DNA of 60,106 nt, counting the filler. It is 4 parts of 4 records of this genome, joined end to end, with 100 filler letters (N's around TTAATTAATTAA, not from the genome) between each part and the next. Parts side by side here need not be neighbours in the genome. Positions count along the whole stretch, not along the records: positions 12,173 to 32,661 come from SRR20825019_2302; positions 32,762 to 40,635 come from SRR20825019_2304; 2 more parts are not named here. One strand, written 5' to 3'. The position numbers were made by a program, and so were the translations under genes. Of this stretch, positions 20,981 to 33,673 are shown in pieces (position 1 is the first letter of the stretch; every line of letters starts with the position of its first letter). The notes below the pieces were generated by a model that saw only the letters and a program-made list of their open reading frames with translations, made no database searches and was not told where the DNA came from.

Positions 20981-22387
20981 ATGACGTGGATTCGCTTGCC
21001 GCCCACGCCGGGTAACACTCCACAGTCACGTGGAGGACACAGTGCCAATCTTATTGGCAACAAGGTGCTGGTGTTTGGAGGGCAGTGTCCTAAAGAGGGA
21101 GGTTCTTATCAGTACCTCAACGACGTCGTGGTTTTGGACTTGGAAACTCTAACGTGGATTAAGCCTCGTGTAGATGGCCGGTTCCCCTCGGAGAGATATG
21201 GGCACACCGCCACTCTTGTGGAAGACAAGTTATTTATATTTGGTGGCAGGAGTAAGGGTGGAATTTGCGGCACATATCTGAACGACGTTTACTACTTAAA
21301 CATTGGGAACATCACATGGTATAACGCGGCCGTTGAGATTGCCGGAAAGCTCCCGCCTCCCCGCATGAACCACACGTCGACTCTTGTGGAGGGTCGCCTG
21401 TTCATGTTTGGTGGCTGGAATGGTAAGCAGGCTCTCAACGATTTGCACGTTTTCGACTGCGGTAATACAATCTGGCAAGGTGGTAGTTTTCGGTGTACTC
21501 ACGATAGTTTCAGAGAATTTTGCCTGGAATTTGGCCAAGACAACGGGAGACCAGCCGTCCCCTCGCTATGGTCACTCCGCCAACCTTGTGGACAACCAAC
21601 TCATCATCATTGGGGGTACCGATGGTGGAGCCAGTGGGACCATTCAGTACTTCAACGACGTATACTCCCTGAATGTCGACACTTTGCACTGGACTCGGGT
21701 TCGCTGTGTCGGACCCAAGGTGTTCCCTGGAAGATATGGCCACTCGGCCTGTGCCTTGGGCTCTGATATCCTCATTGTTGGTGGATGGGGCGGCGTACCC
21801 AGGTGCATTTTGTGCGGAGCCACCGACGTTGGGGAGCAGAAGGGAAAGCACCATCAGGTAGGCGCGCCGTGACGCGGCTGTCGTACATTTCTTTCGCCTG
21901 TGATAACACCGTCTTCTTTGCAGGATTGTATTATAGGGAAGAGTATTGCTCGTAGCAGGGGAATGGGTGACGGGTCGGGCGTGGATGTGCTGAACGACGG
22001 TCGGTCCGTCAAGGAAACCATCAACTTTAAGGATATGTACTACCTAGACACCAGTAAGTCTAACTAGACAGGTTGTGGAAACTGCTGACTCTTGCCTTCG
22101 CAGCCACCATGGCGTGGAACCGCGTTACGACGGTTGCTGGCAATATGCCCGCCATCAACACTGGGTTTACCCGCGGGCAGACGACGTCTGTAGATAACGC
22201 TCAGCCTACGATCACAGACGCCGAAGGGGGCGGACCGATCACCGGCACCCTGTGGACAGGAGCCATCTATTCACACTCCACCACGGTGGTAGACCACCGG
22301 CTGGTCACCTTTGGAGGGTGCGACGGCGTGCGACCCCTGCAGGACGTCCACATTCTTGACACATCCACGCTCATTCGTGTGGAGTAA
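20981..22387 (+). CDS. Multi-exon Kelch-repeat protein
   Basis: Repeated PxxRxGH(S/T)A...VFGG...LNDV motifs; GT-AG introns restore frame. Confidence 0.88.
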
Positions 22388-22419
22388 ATCTTCCCTTGAC
22401 AGGTTTTTCAAGGTGTGGT

Positions 22420-25020
22420 TTATTGATCAGCTTGCCGTGGTCCAGACTTCTTGAGCTTCTGGTACCACGACGGAGCAGCCTTGAGGGTGTGATTGTGCTC
22501 GTACTCCTTTACACGCTGCGGGAGAATCAGCCAACACGCCGCCACAAAACAACATGGGCCACGCCCTTACCTCGCCAAAGTCCTGCTTCATTGTGCTGAG
22601 GACCTCCACGCCGTCGTTCTTCGTGATCACACGTCGAAGGGCGTCGACATTGGCGCGCTGGGCAATCACCCGTTCCAAGTCATGCTTCACCAGCTCCTTC
22701 TCCTTGACAGTGTGCGTGTAGTCCCTCTGCAGCGCACTCATCTCCGCCTGCATATTATTCACGACGCCATTCAGAGTCTCGATCTCCCCCTCGCGCTTGC
22801 GGATCGTTTCCACGAGCAGATTGTACGGCTGCTGTGTCTGCTTCAGCAGCTGCTCGGTTTTGGCAAGCTCGCGGGCGAGTTCGTCTGTCTTCTGGCGCTG
22901 CTTCGACAGATCCTTTTCTAAGTTCTCGGCGCGGGTTTGCTCCTGCAAGAGCTGGCGTGCCAAGACAATACTATGCTGGATCCGCCGCTCCGCAGTGGTG
23001 GGCATCATGGGCGGCAAACCGCTTGCAGCGAGGGCAGTATTCACCTCCCCATCTACTCAAACAACGTTAGCGTAACAATTGTAGTAGCCCAAAGACATAA
23101 AACTCACTCTTGCTTGCGGTGTCTATTGCGAGATCAAGCTCGGTCTCCAGCTTATCATACTGGCCCATGCGACGCTCCATCGCGGACAGATTCGCCTCAA
23201 GCTCCGAAATTTTCTTGTTGTTCTCCGTCTGGAGCTGGTAGTACTCCTGTGTTAGGACCTCCACCTTCTTCTGCAGCATCTCGTTCTCCAGTTTCGCCTG
23301 CCGCAAAGCGGCCATTGACTCTTCGTGGGAAACAGTTACACGCTCCAATTCGAAAGCCTTCAGCTTGATGGCATTCTTCAGCTCGTTCATCTGTAGATCC
23401 GTCGTCGACCTGAACTGACCAAACTCCAGCACGACGTTGTCATTTTCGGTTTTCAAATCCTTGTACTTCTCCTTCAGCCGGTCCAGTTCCTGTATGGCCT
23501 GCTCTCTTGCATCGCGAAGTACCCTGCACTCTCTATCGTAAGTATCCTTCTGGTTGCCGCGGATTTCGTTCAGATCATTGTTCATCCGCTCCTGCATCTT
23601 GTCAACCTCATGACGAAGTCGCTCCTCGTAAGATGCCTTGGCTTCATCCTTGTGAGACATGACTGCAGCCACCCATCGATCAACAAATCAGCACCCAACA
23701 TGCCATAAAGCTGCCTCACCTCGCTCATAAAGCTCATTGCGCTGCTTCTTTGCTTCCGCCAACTTTGTGGACAATTTGTCGTTGTCGGTCTCCACGCGAT
23801 GGCAACGCTCCTCCAAGCTGACATTCATCTTCTGCAAGTACTCCTTATCCATTCGCATAATGTCGATAGCCTGTGTTTTCTCATTCAAGAGCATCTTCAG
23901 CTCCTCCGTCGTATCCGCCAAATCCTTGGCTTTGGCACTTCCAATCACTGCTTCGTTCTTGGTATCATTGTAGTTGCGCTCATACATCTGCTTCTCTGCA
24001 AGCACCTACACATCCCTCGCGTTAGGACATCCAAAGGAAACCCAACACGGATACCGCACCTTGTCGTATTCATTGACCTTGGCCCGTGCGCTCATCAGTT
24101 CAGTCAACGCCTCCTCCAGATCAGTTTCCAGCTTCTTACACTTGAGGTTGTAACTGTCCAGATCAGCACGCAATTCCCTCTCTAGTTCCCCTCCCGTCAG
24201 CTGCATGCGATCGACTTGCCTCTGAGCTTTCGCTAGTTCGTCGCTGTTGATCGCCAAGTTGTTCCTACAAAGAGCGGTTAGCACTCAAGTTCACATCTAT
24301 CACTAAAAAGACACACTTGAGCATATCCACTTCATCCCGCAGAGTTTCCACCTCGTGTTTGTGCTCCCGGACCATTTCAAACACCCTTATCTGGGCATAC
24401 TGTACTGGTGAAAGACTGTCATAATCAATGGCCTTCAGTTCATGGTACATCCCCTCGGAAACGTGCAGATCCTTCAGGTCTGCCTTGATCAACTTAGCAC
24501 GCTCCTTCAACACCGGCACCTCGCCCTCCAGCTCTTTCATGATATGCAAGACCGATTCGTACTCACTCCTTGCCTTCGCGCTGAAAGCAGCAAAATCTTT
24601 TTCATAGTTATCTTCGCTCTCCTTCAGCTTAGCCTCCAGCATCTCCTTCTGGCGGCGAAGTGCGATACAGGTCTCCTCAAGCTCCATTGACTTGACGTGG
24701 CTTTCCTTCTTCAACGTCTCGATCTCCAGGCGGTGCCGCTCGACGACACGGCCGAAGTCGTCATGCCTGTCTACCGGCTCGACGCTAGGATGTGCCTTTG
24801 TCGCAGAGCTTCCGGGGCGCGGCGTGAGAGATGGGTCCGAGAGTCGGAGTGATGCAATGCTGGCAGAGAACGAGTCCTCGCCGCTGTCGTCCCCGTCTGC
24901 ATCATGTGAGGAGTCCGTCCCGGCAATCACTTCAAACTCCTCCTGAGTCAGAGTAGCAGTGATTCCCAGCCTCTCGGCATACTCTCTCAGGAAATCTGGG
25001 TTCGTGTCCATCCCTGACAT
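22420..25020 (-). CDS. PIBF1: Multi-exon centriolar coiled-coil protein PIBF1/CEP90-like
   Basis: PTTAERRIQHSIVLARQLL...LKQTQQPYNLLVETIRKRE, KLKAFELERV, KKVEVLTQEYYQLQ; last spliced exon ends PSWYQKLKK...*. Confidence 0.82.
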
Positions 25021-26464
25021 GCTGAAAGTGCACCTCGCCTTTCACAGCACAATGGACGCCTCTTCAACACATATGACTTCACTTATTTAAATACCAAGAG
25101 TATGCCCGCGCGCTCGTATGCGAGTAGAGACTTAGGTTGCCAGGGACACACCCTTCGCTGGTCGCGACTGGGAAGAGTACCTCGGACGGCGTCCTGGGAA
25201 CCGCACCCGATATCACGGGGCGGTTATTGGGATACACCCGTCACAGGCCGGGTACCACCATGACGCTTACGCACAACTGGCCGCGGTGATGTAGCGGCCC
25301 GCCCCATCGGGGGCGAGTCTCCCACAGTCTCTTGAGTCGCGGCGGGCTCCGGCCGGTCGGAGTCAGTCAGTCGCGGTACTGCCGGCCGCCCCACGGCGGG
25401 GGGCGGGGCCGAGCCATCATCATAGTGAGCCATTCAGCAATGGCCGGCCCCACCAACTGAAGCCGCAACCCACTCTCACTCACGGTGCAGAGCCCTGATA
25501 AGCAGTGACACTCACCAGCTGCAAGCGGGCACTGGCTGGCCCAGGCCAGTGACTGGGCCGGCTCCGGCGCGCACAGTCAGTGCCAGGGGCCTGGCGCCGC
25601 TCAGCGCCACCGGGGTCAGTCAGTGCCTGCGGCCGGCACTGCTCGCCTCCGGGTCGGAGTGCGGCGGGGCCCGCGGCCGCCCGCAACGTGGGCCGGGCGC
25701 GCCACCTGACGTTCAAACACGACGGGATCGTCCTCGAGACTACCTTTACTTGAATCACTCTCTAGGTCGAGGAGGGGCTAGAGTTAGGGCTTGTTCTGAA
25801 GATCACGATCACTCTGAGAGGCTGCCCCGTCCCGGTCCGGACCCACTGGCACGGCCGCATGCCGGGAGCTCGGCGCCGGCGCGCCCGGTCGTGACAGGCC
25901 GCCGGGATGCCGAGCTGGGTGCCCGCAGTGCCGAGCTGGCCGCCAAACTGTCGGTCCCCAACTGGTTGGCCGGGTGGCCGGCTCGCCTCGTCCGCGATCG
26001 TAACGAGTGCCGGAGGGGACTGTCGGCTGGTCACCGTGACTGTGACGCACAGCCCCGCGTCAGTTCGCTTCTGATCACCGGTCCACGTGGCACGTGCCCG
26101 CATGCGCTATCGAGTGGCTTACCGTGCGCCGCTTTTGAGGCGAATGCCCCATACGAGCTGACATGGTTTTGTTCCGGGGGGTTGGCGCAGTGTAGTGCAG
26201 CAGACTGATTCTTCGGCCCTGCGCCAGCTCGCTGCTGTTGGAAGATGGAGCAGGCCTGTGAAACGCCTGCTCCATCCGGCAATGAAGGCGATCCTTTCCG
26301 ATCGTGACAGTGACCACATGCAGTGTACGAAGACGGGGCGCTCTATCGCTCGTCATGTCGCACCAAGTCGGTCAGCTGCTCGAACAAGCGGTCACTACAC
26401 CCTCTAAAATATGTAGTTGTAGTGGAACCTTTATCTGTAGGCCGTGTCTCTGCCTCTCTTCGGA

Positions 26465-29400
26465 ATGGAAGGTTCTAAAATGAGAGTCCAGGCGCTTAGT
26501 CCCCTCAAGAACCCCGGGGGCAACCGCCTCAAGGCCCAGTCATTGCGTGACCTCCGAGAGGAGGAGCGCAAACAGAAGGCCGCGGAGGAGGCCCAAAAGG
26601 CGAAGGAGCTGGCGAGGAAGAACGTCACACGGAGGCGCCTCTCCCGCGGGAGCTCGAAGCGCGGAGGACTGCGGTACCGCGCACGGTTTTACTGCTCTCT
26701 TGGTAGTATAGACGAACACCCCGAAAACAGGCTGTTTCCCTTCCCTGATAAGCTCTATGGGCGTGAGAGTGAGGTGGACGAGGTGCTGAACGCGTACCAC
26801 CGCGTTGCAGAGGAGGGGCCGGAGCTGCTTGTCATAAAGGGCGAGCCCGGGGCGGGCAAGTCTGTGCTGGTGGATGAGCTTCTCAAGTGTTTAGGTTCTC
26901 GTCGAGGCTTCTTCATCTCGGGCAAGTTTGAACAGTACAAGGCTGGCAATGCGTATGGGCCCATCGCCCAAGCATTCGGAGGCCTGGTTCAGTACATCTC
27001 AACAACGAACGCGGCCCCAGTATGGAGGAGGCGCATTTTGCAGGCCATAGGCCGGTATGCCCGAGTTGTGGCGGATGTTGTACCAGAGCTGGAGGTGTTC
27101 CTGGGTAGGCTTCCAGGGGTGCCCACACTTGGTCCTATTGAGAGCCAAAACCGACTTCACCATTTCTTTGTGTCATTTGTGGCGCTCTTTGCCACGAAGC
27201 GTTGTCCTCTGGTCATGTTGCTGGACGACCTGCAGTGGGCCGACAAGCCTTCCCTCACTCTCCTTTCTGCATTACTGGCAAAGGAAAGCATCCGCATCCT
27301 CATTGTGGGAACAGCACGTACAACAGAGATGAAGGCGAACGTGAATCTTATTGATACCCTGGATGACTTGAAGAGTAGGCGGAAGGTGCAAGCCACCATC
27401 TACATTCAGGACCTGGCAGCATGCCATGTGGAGCAGATGCTTCGTGACTCTTTCCAGGATATGTACCCTGAGGGTGAACTGGAAGACTTTGTGGGATTTC
27501 TCATGAAGAAGACTGGAGGCAGTCCTCTCTTTCTGACACAGTACATTTCGTCGTTGTGGGACAACAATGCTTTGTATGTGGATGAGGATGGGATTTGGAG
27601 ATGGAATTTGGAGGAGGCAGATGAGGTGTCTGAGGGCGTCGTGGACATGATGGTGCAGCGCATTAAGCGGATGGACCCGCACTCGAGGGAGGTTCTGAAG
27701 CTCGCCTCGTGCCTGGGTGCCCGCTTCAGCCTTGACAAGTTGGTGCCACTCATCCCTGTCCCCACAGACCAGGAATTGGAGGAACTGACCAAGTTGGAGA
27801 CAGTTGTGAAGCCACAAGATGCATTGGCCAGTATGAAGAACAAGAGTCTGCGATCCCTATCTTCACCGAATCTGGAGGGATGGCGCCGCGGATCATGGCT
27901 TGCGGTCTCGTTCGCGGCGAAGATGAAGTTCATCAAGCGCCGGCTCACCACCGTCGCCCACAGTTCTGGCGTGGTGCTCCCGCTACGGCCCACCTTGGCC
28001 GGAGATGATGGAATGTTCACGATGGACGAAGAGGCGGAAGAAGAGCTTAGGGCACGCAAGGACACGTGGGGATCCGAATGCTTGTCGGAGCCGGAGACAC
28101 CAAACAGGAATGGTCCGGAGAATAGAGTCCGCGGTGATAGCGAAGACAGTAGTTCGACCACATACAGCTTTGAGATGCGGAAGCCCAAGTACAGTGATTC
28201 TGATGACAGTTTCTTCATGGGTCACACGAACTATGCGACACCTGAGAGCTCCAACAGCCTGGCCTCGTCAAGGGCAAACAGTGCGGACAACCTACATGGG
28301 CTCGGCGCCTCAGTATCATCTGTGGAGCGTGAGAGAAAGGTGAACAACTTGAGCCCTGTACGAAGCGAAGAGAGCAGTCAGGAGAGGTCCTTTGGCAGCA
28401 CGTCTCCCGAAAATAGCGCCCCCTCCTCGCCGAGGAGTTCGGGCAATGACAACGAGATTCGGTTCAAGGACGAGTTTGGCTTTGCACATGACTACTTCAG
28501 GCAGGCTGCGTACTCTCTCATTAACGAGGAGGACAGGCCAAAGGCTCACTTCGATGTTGGTAAGTTGACCGGACAGATCGCGTGGGGTGCCATGCCAATG
28601 GTACTAACTTGGTGATGCAGGACGAATGCTGCTTGAGGCGCAGGAGAAAAATCAGAGTGGTTATGAGGCTGATCTGGTGGAGATTGCTAACCAGTTTGTC
28701 CTTGGCTTGACTGCTGTGGACTCAGGCAACACGCTAGAAAGGGAAAAAATTGCGAGGGTGTGCATTGCTGCAGGCACCCAGCTACAGTCGCGCGCCGCGT
28801 TTGATCAGGCGCTCAAGTTTTACTCAGCGGCCGATCAGCTTTTGGGTGTTGACAGATGGGAAACCTCTCATGACCTGGCAATTGGCTTGTCCATCCGCCT
28901 GGCGGAGGTGAGTTACCTCGCCGGGAATGTGAACCAGATGGATAGTTGCACCAGCACCGTCCTGTCCCATGCAACCAGACTCTCAGAAAAGATTCACGCG
29001 CATCAGACGATGATGGTGGCCTACACCTCCATACTGGGAGACAAAGCGAAGGCCTTGGAGTATGGGGTGGATGCGCTCAAATTACTGGGAACGAAGATGT
29101 CCATGACGCCGTACAAGAGCGCGGTCTTCTTTGAAATAATCAAAACCCAGAACATGGTCAAGCAAATCGGCATCGACAACATGGGCAAGAGGCCGCTGAT
29201 GAAGGGTGAAAATGGCCGCATGCTTCAAACGATCCTTGCGCTCATGTTTGGGCCGGCATACCAATCCAATAACTACATGTGGTGCCTTGTTGCGTGCAAG
29301 ATGGTACAAAACACTATTATGAACGGTATTTCTCCCGTGTGCCCGTACGGTTTTGCAGCATATGCTGTTCTCTGCCTACTCATGAGGAAGGAACTGAGGG

Positions 29401-30659
29401 AAGCTACTCTATGGGCAGATCTTGCGGAATCGCTTGCAGCAGAGCGCTCTGCCGGGGATATCAAGAGCATGGTGCGGTTCCTCACCAGTGCCTTTGTGAA
29501 CACATGGACTGGCCGCATGAGGAATGCCGCTCATGCTTTCCTTGACAAGCTGCACGTCGGTCCAGAGCACGGCGAGGTGCTCTATACAGGGTACCGCATT
29601 ACCATGAGTTATTACACCGCATGTATGAGCGGCGAGAATCTGTTTCTTGTCGACAAGAAGCACAGCGATGTGCTGAACTATCTTGAGCATCTTCGGATTA
29701 AGGATCACGTTGGGTATAGCATTGGCTTGATAGAGTCGTTTGGGTGCCTGCGAGACGAGGAGCAGGCTCAAAGACTGGCGTTCCCAATGACAGATAGCGG
29801 CTTTGATCTCCCACAGAAGCATCTGAATGAGGGGGGGACATCGGGGCGTCGCAACTCCGATGGAAAACCGAAGATGAAGCGTCGTTTCTCCATATTTGAC
29901 GTGAATGATACAAGAAAGAAGTCGCCTAGCGCCCAAATGATTGTAAACTCCTCGAGAGTCCTTGTGTTGACGCTGCTTCGTGACCACGAAAAGGCCTATC
30001 AAGTGTATCTAGATGGTCAGCCTGTTGAGAATGCTGTCGCGGGACTGCCGATGTCAATTGCTTGGTCATTCTTTTCTCTCATGTCTATGTTCCCTGTCTA
30101 CCGGCGGTCACCCGATGGTACGGAGTTCAAGGAAAAGCTCGCCGCCAACATTGCTAGAGAGCTAAAGAAGTTTAAACCCTGGCAGCACTACAACACCCAC
30201 ACGTTCTTGCACCGATGGCTCGTATTGGAAGCCGAATGGGCGTATTGCCAAGGCAATATTGATGGCCTAGACGAAAGTAAGTTGTGTCCTTGCTATAATA
30301 CCATATTTTGCGCTTATCATTCATCCGCAGAGTATGAGAAGGCACGGAGCCTTGCCAGCGAAAGTGGGCACTTGCAAATTGAAGGCTTGTGCCTTGAGCG
30401 TTGGTCGCGTTTCGTCATTGAGACAAGGCCGCATGACCTCAAGTTTGTGGGTAGCCTCATTGCACAAGCCCATCAGTGTTTTGTGAAATGGGGTGCAATC
30501 GTAAAGGCAAGGGATATAGAGCACTATGTCAAGAATTCCGCGCTCGCCAAGTTTGTTGAGCTCGAGGAGGCTGTGACACCGGACGGGACTCCCGCGGCAT
30601 CGCGGGTCAACAGCGATGTTGATGATGACGACGCAGAGGCTGTTGAAGTCGATCTGTAG
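26465..30659 (+). CDS. STAND-class AAA ATPase with helical/TPR-like C-terminus (core of HstK/Chk1-type multidomain kinases)
   Basis: LYGRESE, Walker A GEPGAGKS, SGKFEQ, Walker B LVMLLDDLQWAD, KTGGSPLF, FAHDYFRQAAYSLI, KWGAIVKA; introns 28560-28620 and 30277-30330. Confidence 0.85.
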
Positions 30660-30834
30660 AACAAAAATCGCGGGCTTGTGCAGACCACCCCCTGCCTTGA
30701 CGTCTTTATTGATTTTTCTACTATCTCTATGAGTACCACTCAGGATCGAAGTGCACCTCGAACTAAGTGTAATAAACCGGAGCAGACAATCTGGCCATCC
30801 ACGGTCCTGGTGCGTTTGCTGCTAGACTTCCGCG

Positions 30835-32524
30835 TTAGTGAATTTTGGCTTTTTGTATCATCTCATTAAGCTGCGAGAAGCGCTAAGTTAGTTCGATATG
30901 AAAGGGCAGTGCAGCTATGGCCAACCTTCTCCTTGGATTCTTCCTCAGCTTTGCGCTCACTGACAAGCGCATCGTCAATCACGGGCATGAGATGGTCAAC
31001 ATCCTTGACAATGTCGCCACAGATAGCATAAGCAGCATCCGCAGTGCTGGCCGGAGGGTCGCCCTGGACAAAAGAGTAAGTCATTGTGGCCCTCGCGACC
31101 CCAGCCTCGCCCATTCAGTTACGGCACACGTACCTCCTCAGGAGGGGCATGTTCCAGGAGGATCAGGCGATACTCCACATCGCACCCGGGCCTCATAAAG
31201 GACATGATGTGAGATGGATACCCGGCGTCGCCCGGTGTGAACTTCGAGTCCTTGCTCATGTGTTCGCGACGGAAGGACACGTTGACCCTGATGAAGTCGG
31301 CATTGACAGGACGGTGGGTATGGGTGTGGTCGACGTGCTCAATCTCAGTGTCCACGGTGACCTTTCCTTCCCAGCCTGATCCGTTCACAAAGTGGTGAGA
31401 CACCAAGTTATGTTGTGTTTCGAGAGTCTTGGACCCGAACACGCGGATGTCCTTGCTATCACACGGAGGCAGTACAATGCGGTCATCATCACCAGTCACC
31501 TTCATTGGATCTACACGTGATGAGAGTGCCTTGCCGGCCAGCAACTTCTTATTTGCTTCAAGCTCCTCTGCCGAAGGCTCGATCGGCGATAGCTTCTTCT
31601 CATCGGACAGGGCAATGCGCGCCACGGCAAGATCTGCAAACATCACGCGGATCTCCCGTGTCTTCTTGGTGTACGTCCAGTGACTAGTCTTGGTCAAGTA
31701 CTCGTTCACCACCTCGTCCTCGTGTGCGCAGCGCTGCTCGATCCACGGATAGAAAAAGGGGAATATGAACCTACACAGAAACAAACCCTGTCACGCACCA
31801 GTTTGCACCAAGATGACATCGCGTACCTGCTCTCAACCAGCTTGTTCAGGTTACTATACTGCACTGGGGTGTTGACATACTCCTCCGGCACGACAAATAG
31901 ACTTCGGCCCACGTTCACGCGAGCACCAAGCACACCCCCAGCCTCGGCACAGTCGCTGAACACCTGCTGGACCACAGCTTTCGTCTCTTCCTTATCAAAT
32001 GTGCGCCCTTCCTTCATAGCTTCGAAGTCGCCATCTTCACTTAACACAATCCTGCACACTTGCTGCCGACGGGGCTGGAACGTGGGGAGGGGAACGTCTG
32101 ACTCCGGAATCTCGTAAGGGACAAACATGAGCGACCCCTTCTTTTCCAGCTGAGACTTCTCAAACAGGTGCATCATTGGAGTGGCCACATAGTCGGCGTC
32201 ATACTTGACACGCATGGGTGATCGCGGTCCCCGATTCTCGTCACTGAGACGACGGAGCGGGCGATCAGCGTGCTGGGTCATCGGCCAAGGAGCGCCACCC
32301 CGCGATCCTCCGGCGTCCTTCCGTTGCCCAAACGCTTCTGATCGTCTGTCATTCCTTCCTCCTCCGCCTCCGCCACGGCCGCCACGGCCGCCGCGGCCAC
32401 CGGACTTGTTATTGCGACGGCAGTTTGAACACCTACTGGGTAACTGGAAACCCTTTTCCTCAAAAAATGCTCTCTCCCCATCAGTCAAAGTAAGGCTGAT
32501 TCCGCAATCCCGGCACTGAGACAT
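30835..32524 (-). CDS. Multi-exon protein with N-terminal zinc ribbon (zf-trcl-like), RGG box and an unknown C-terminal domain
   Basis: CRDCG...GERAFFEEKGF..PSRCSNCRR then GGRGGRGGRGG; three GT-AG introns join the ORFs. Confidence 0.72.
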
Positions 32525-32661
32525 GGTGGACGCAAACCGGTTCTATGGGAATACACACTGCAGAAGTTAAACTTTGTAAACTTTACAATTGTTAATACTG
32601 CGTAAAGCGTAGAGATCACGCGACCACACCCGCCGGGCGTCCCGAATCCCCCCCCCCCCCC

Positions 32662-32761
32662 NNNNNNNNNNNNNNNNNNNNNNNNNNNNNNNNNNNNNNN
32701 NNNNNTTAATTAATTAANNNNNNNNNNNNNNNNNNNNNNNNNNNNNNNNNNNNNNNNNNNN
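32662..32761. other. Artificial contig-joining spacer
   Basis: N44-TTAATTAATTAA-N44. Confidence 0.99.
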
Positions 32762-33560
32762 TGGCCTCGGCCTTGGCGGCGTCAATCTCAGCTTGCGCAG
32801 TCTCTACGGTCGCGTAGTAAGATACATTTTCGTCCTTTGCTGATTCGAGTAGCGCTGTTAGGCGTTCTGCACGGCTAGTCTCCGCATCGAATTGTGATGT
32901 GCGGAGTTGAAGCTCCTGTGTGATTCGTGTAGTCTCGGAGTGGCTTTGGCTAAGTTCTTCTTGAAGTCTGTTGAAGGTAGTCAGTACTTCTTGGCTAAGA
33001 GCGGAAATTGAACTTTCCAGCTCGAGTGGCTCGTCGGCAATTGTAGTGGTAGAAATGGAGGTACGAATGTGCATGATGTCGTGGCGAGCACGGGCAGTCA
33101 TTGTGGTCAGGCGGGTATGCTCTAAGGTGAGCTGTTCTATAAGAGGGGCGTTCTTTCGACATTCAACACAGTAAGATCCCGAGTCGGATAGCTTGTAAAG
33201 TGCGAGCTCGGCCTCCAGCTTGGATATGGACTGGGTAGCTACGTTAAAGTCCCTCTTGAAGCGGGCGGCATCCTCCTGGTGGAATGTAGCCTGCAGTTTG
33301 TGGTAGTTCAAGTCGCGCTTGAGGCTTGCATTGGCATCTCCCAAGTTGATGTTGTGCTGAGAAGCATCGTCCAACCGACGCCTTTCAACATTGTTTCCAT
33401 CGGGGTGTGATGTGGCAGCCCATCCAGTGGAGCCGGTTGGCCGTGGGGCATAGCCCATGAAGGAGCCAGGGCCGGCACCTGCTGGTTGTGTCTGGGAGTG
33501 ACCAGCAGCAGTCGTAAAGTAGGCCAGGCGGTTTCTATTTGCCTGGGGGTCAAATGACAT
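32762..33560 (-). CDS. Hypothetical coiled-coil protein, 3' truncated
   Basis: Open frame running into the gap; heptad-rich; U-rich leader upstream. Confidence 0.7.
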
Positions 33561-33673
33561 AGCGTGGTAAGCTTTTTCTAACTACCAAAAGAATAAAATA
33601 TAAATAAAGACAAATCAGGACAACAAATAGTATAATAAAATCAAAAGATTGATAACGTTCAGTACAGTATAAA

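Noticed and set aside
25549-26208. 219-aa ORF and similar R/P/G/A-rich ORFs in the GC islands
   Set aside because: Expected from stop-poor GC-rich DNA; non-ATG starts and no motifs
26176-26230. tRNA-like start GGGGGGTTGGCGCAGTGTAG
   Set aside because: No T-loop GTTCRA or acceptor-stem partner; only a 10-bp hairpin
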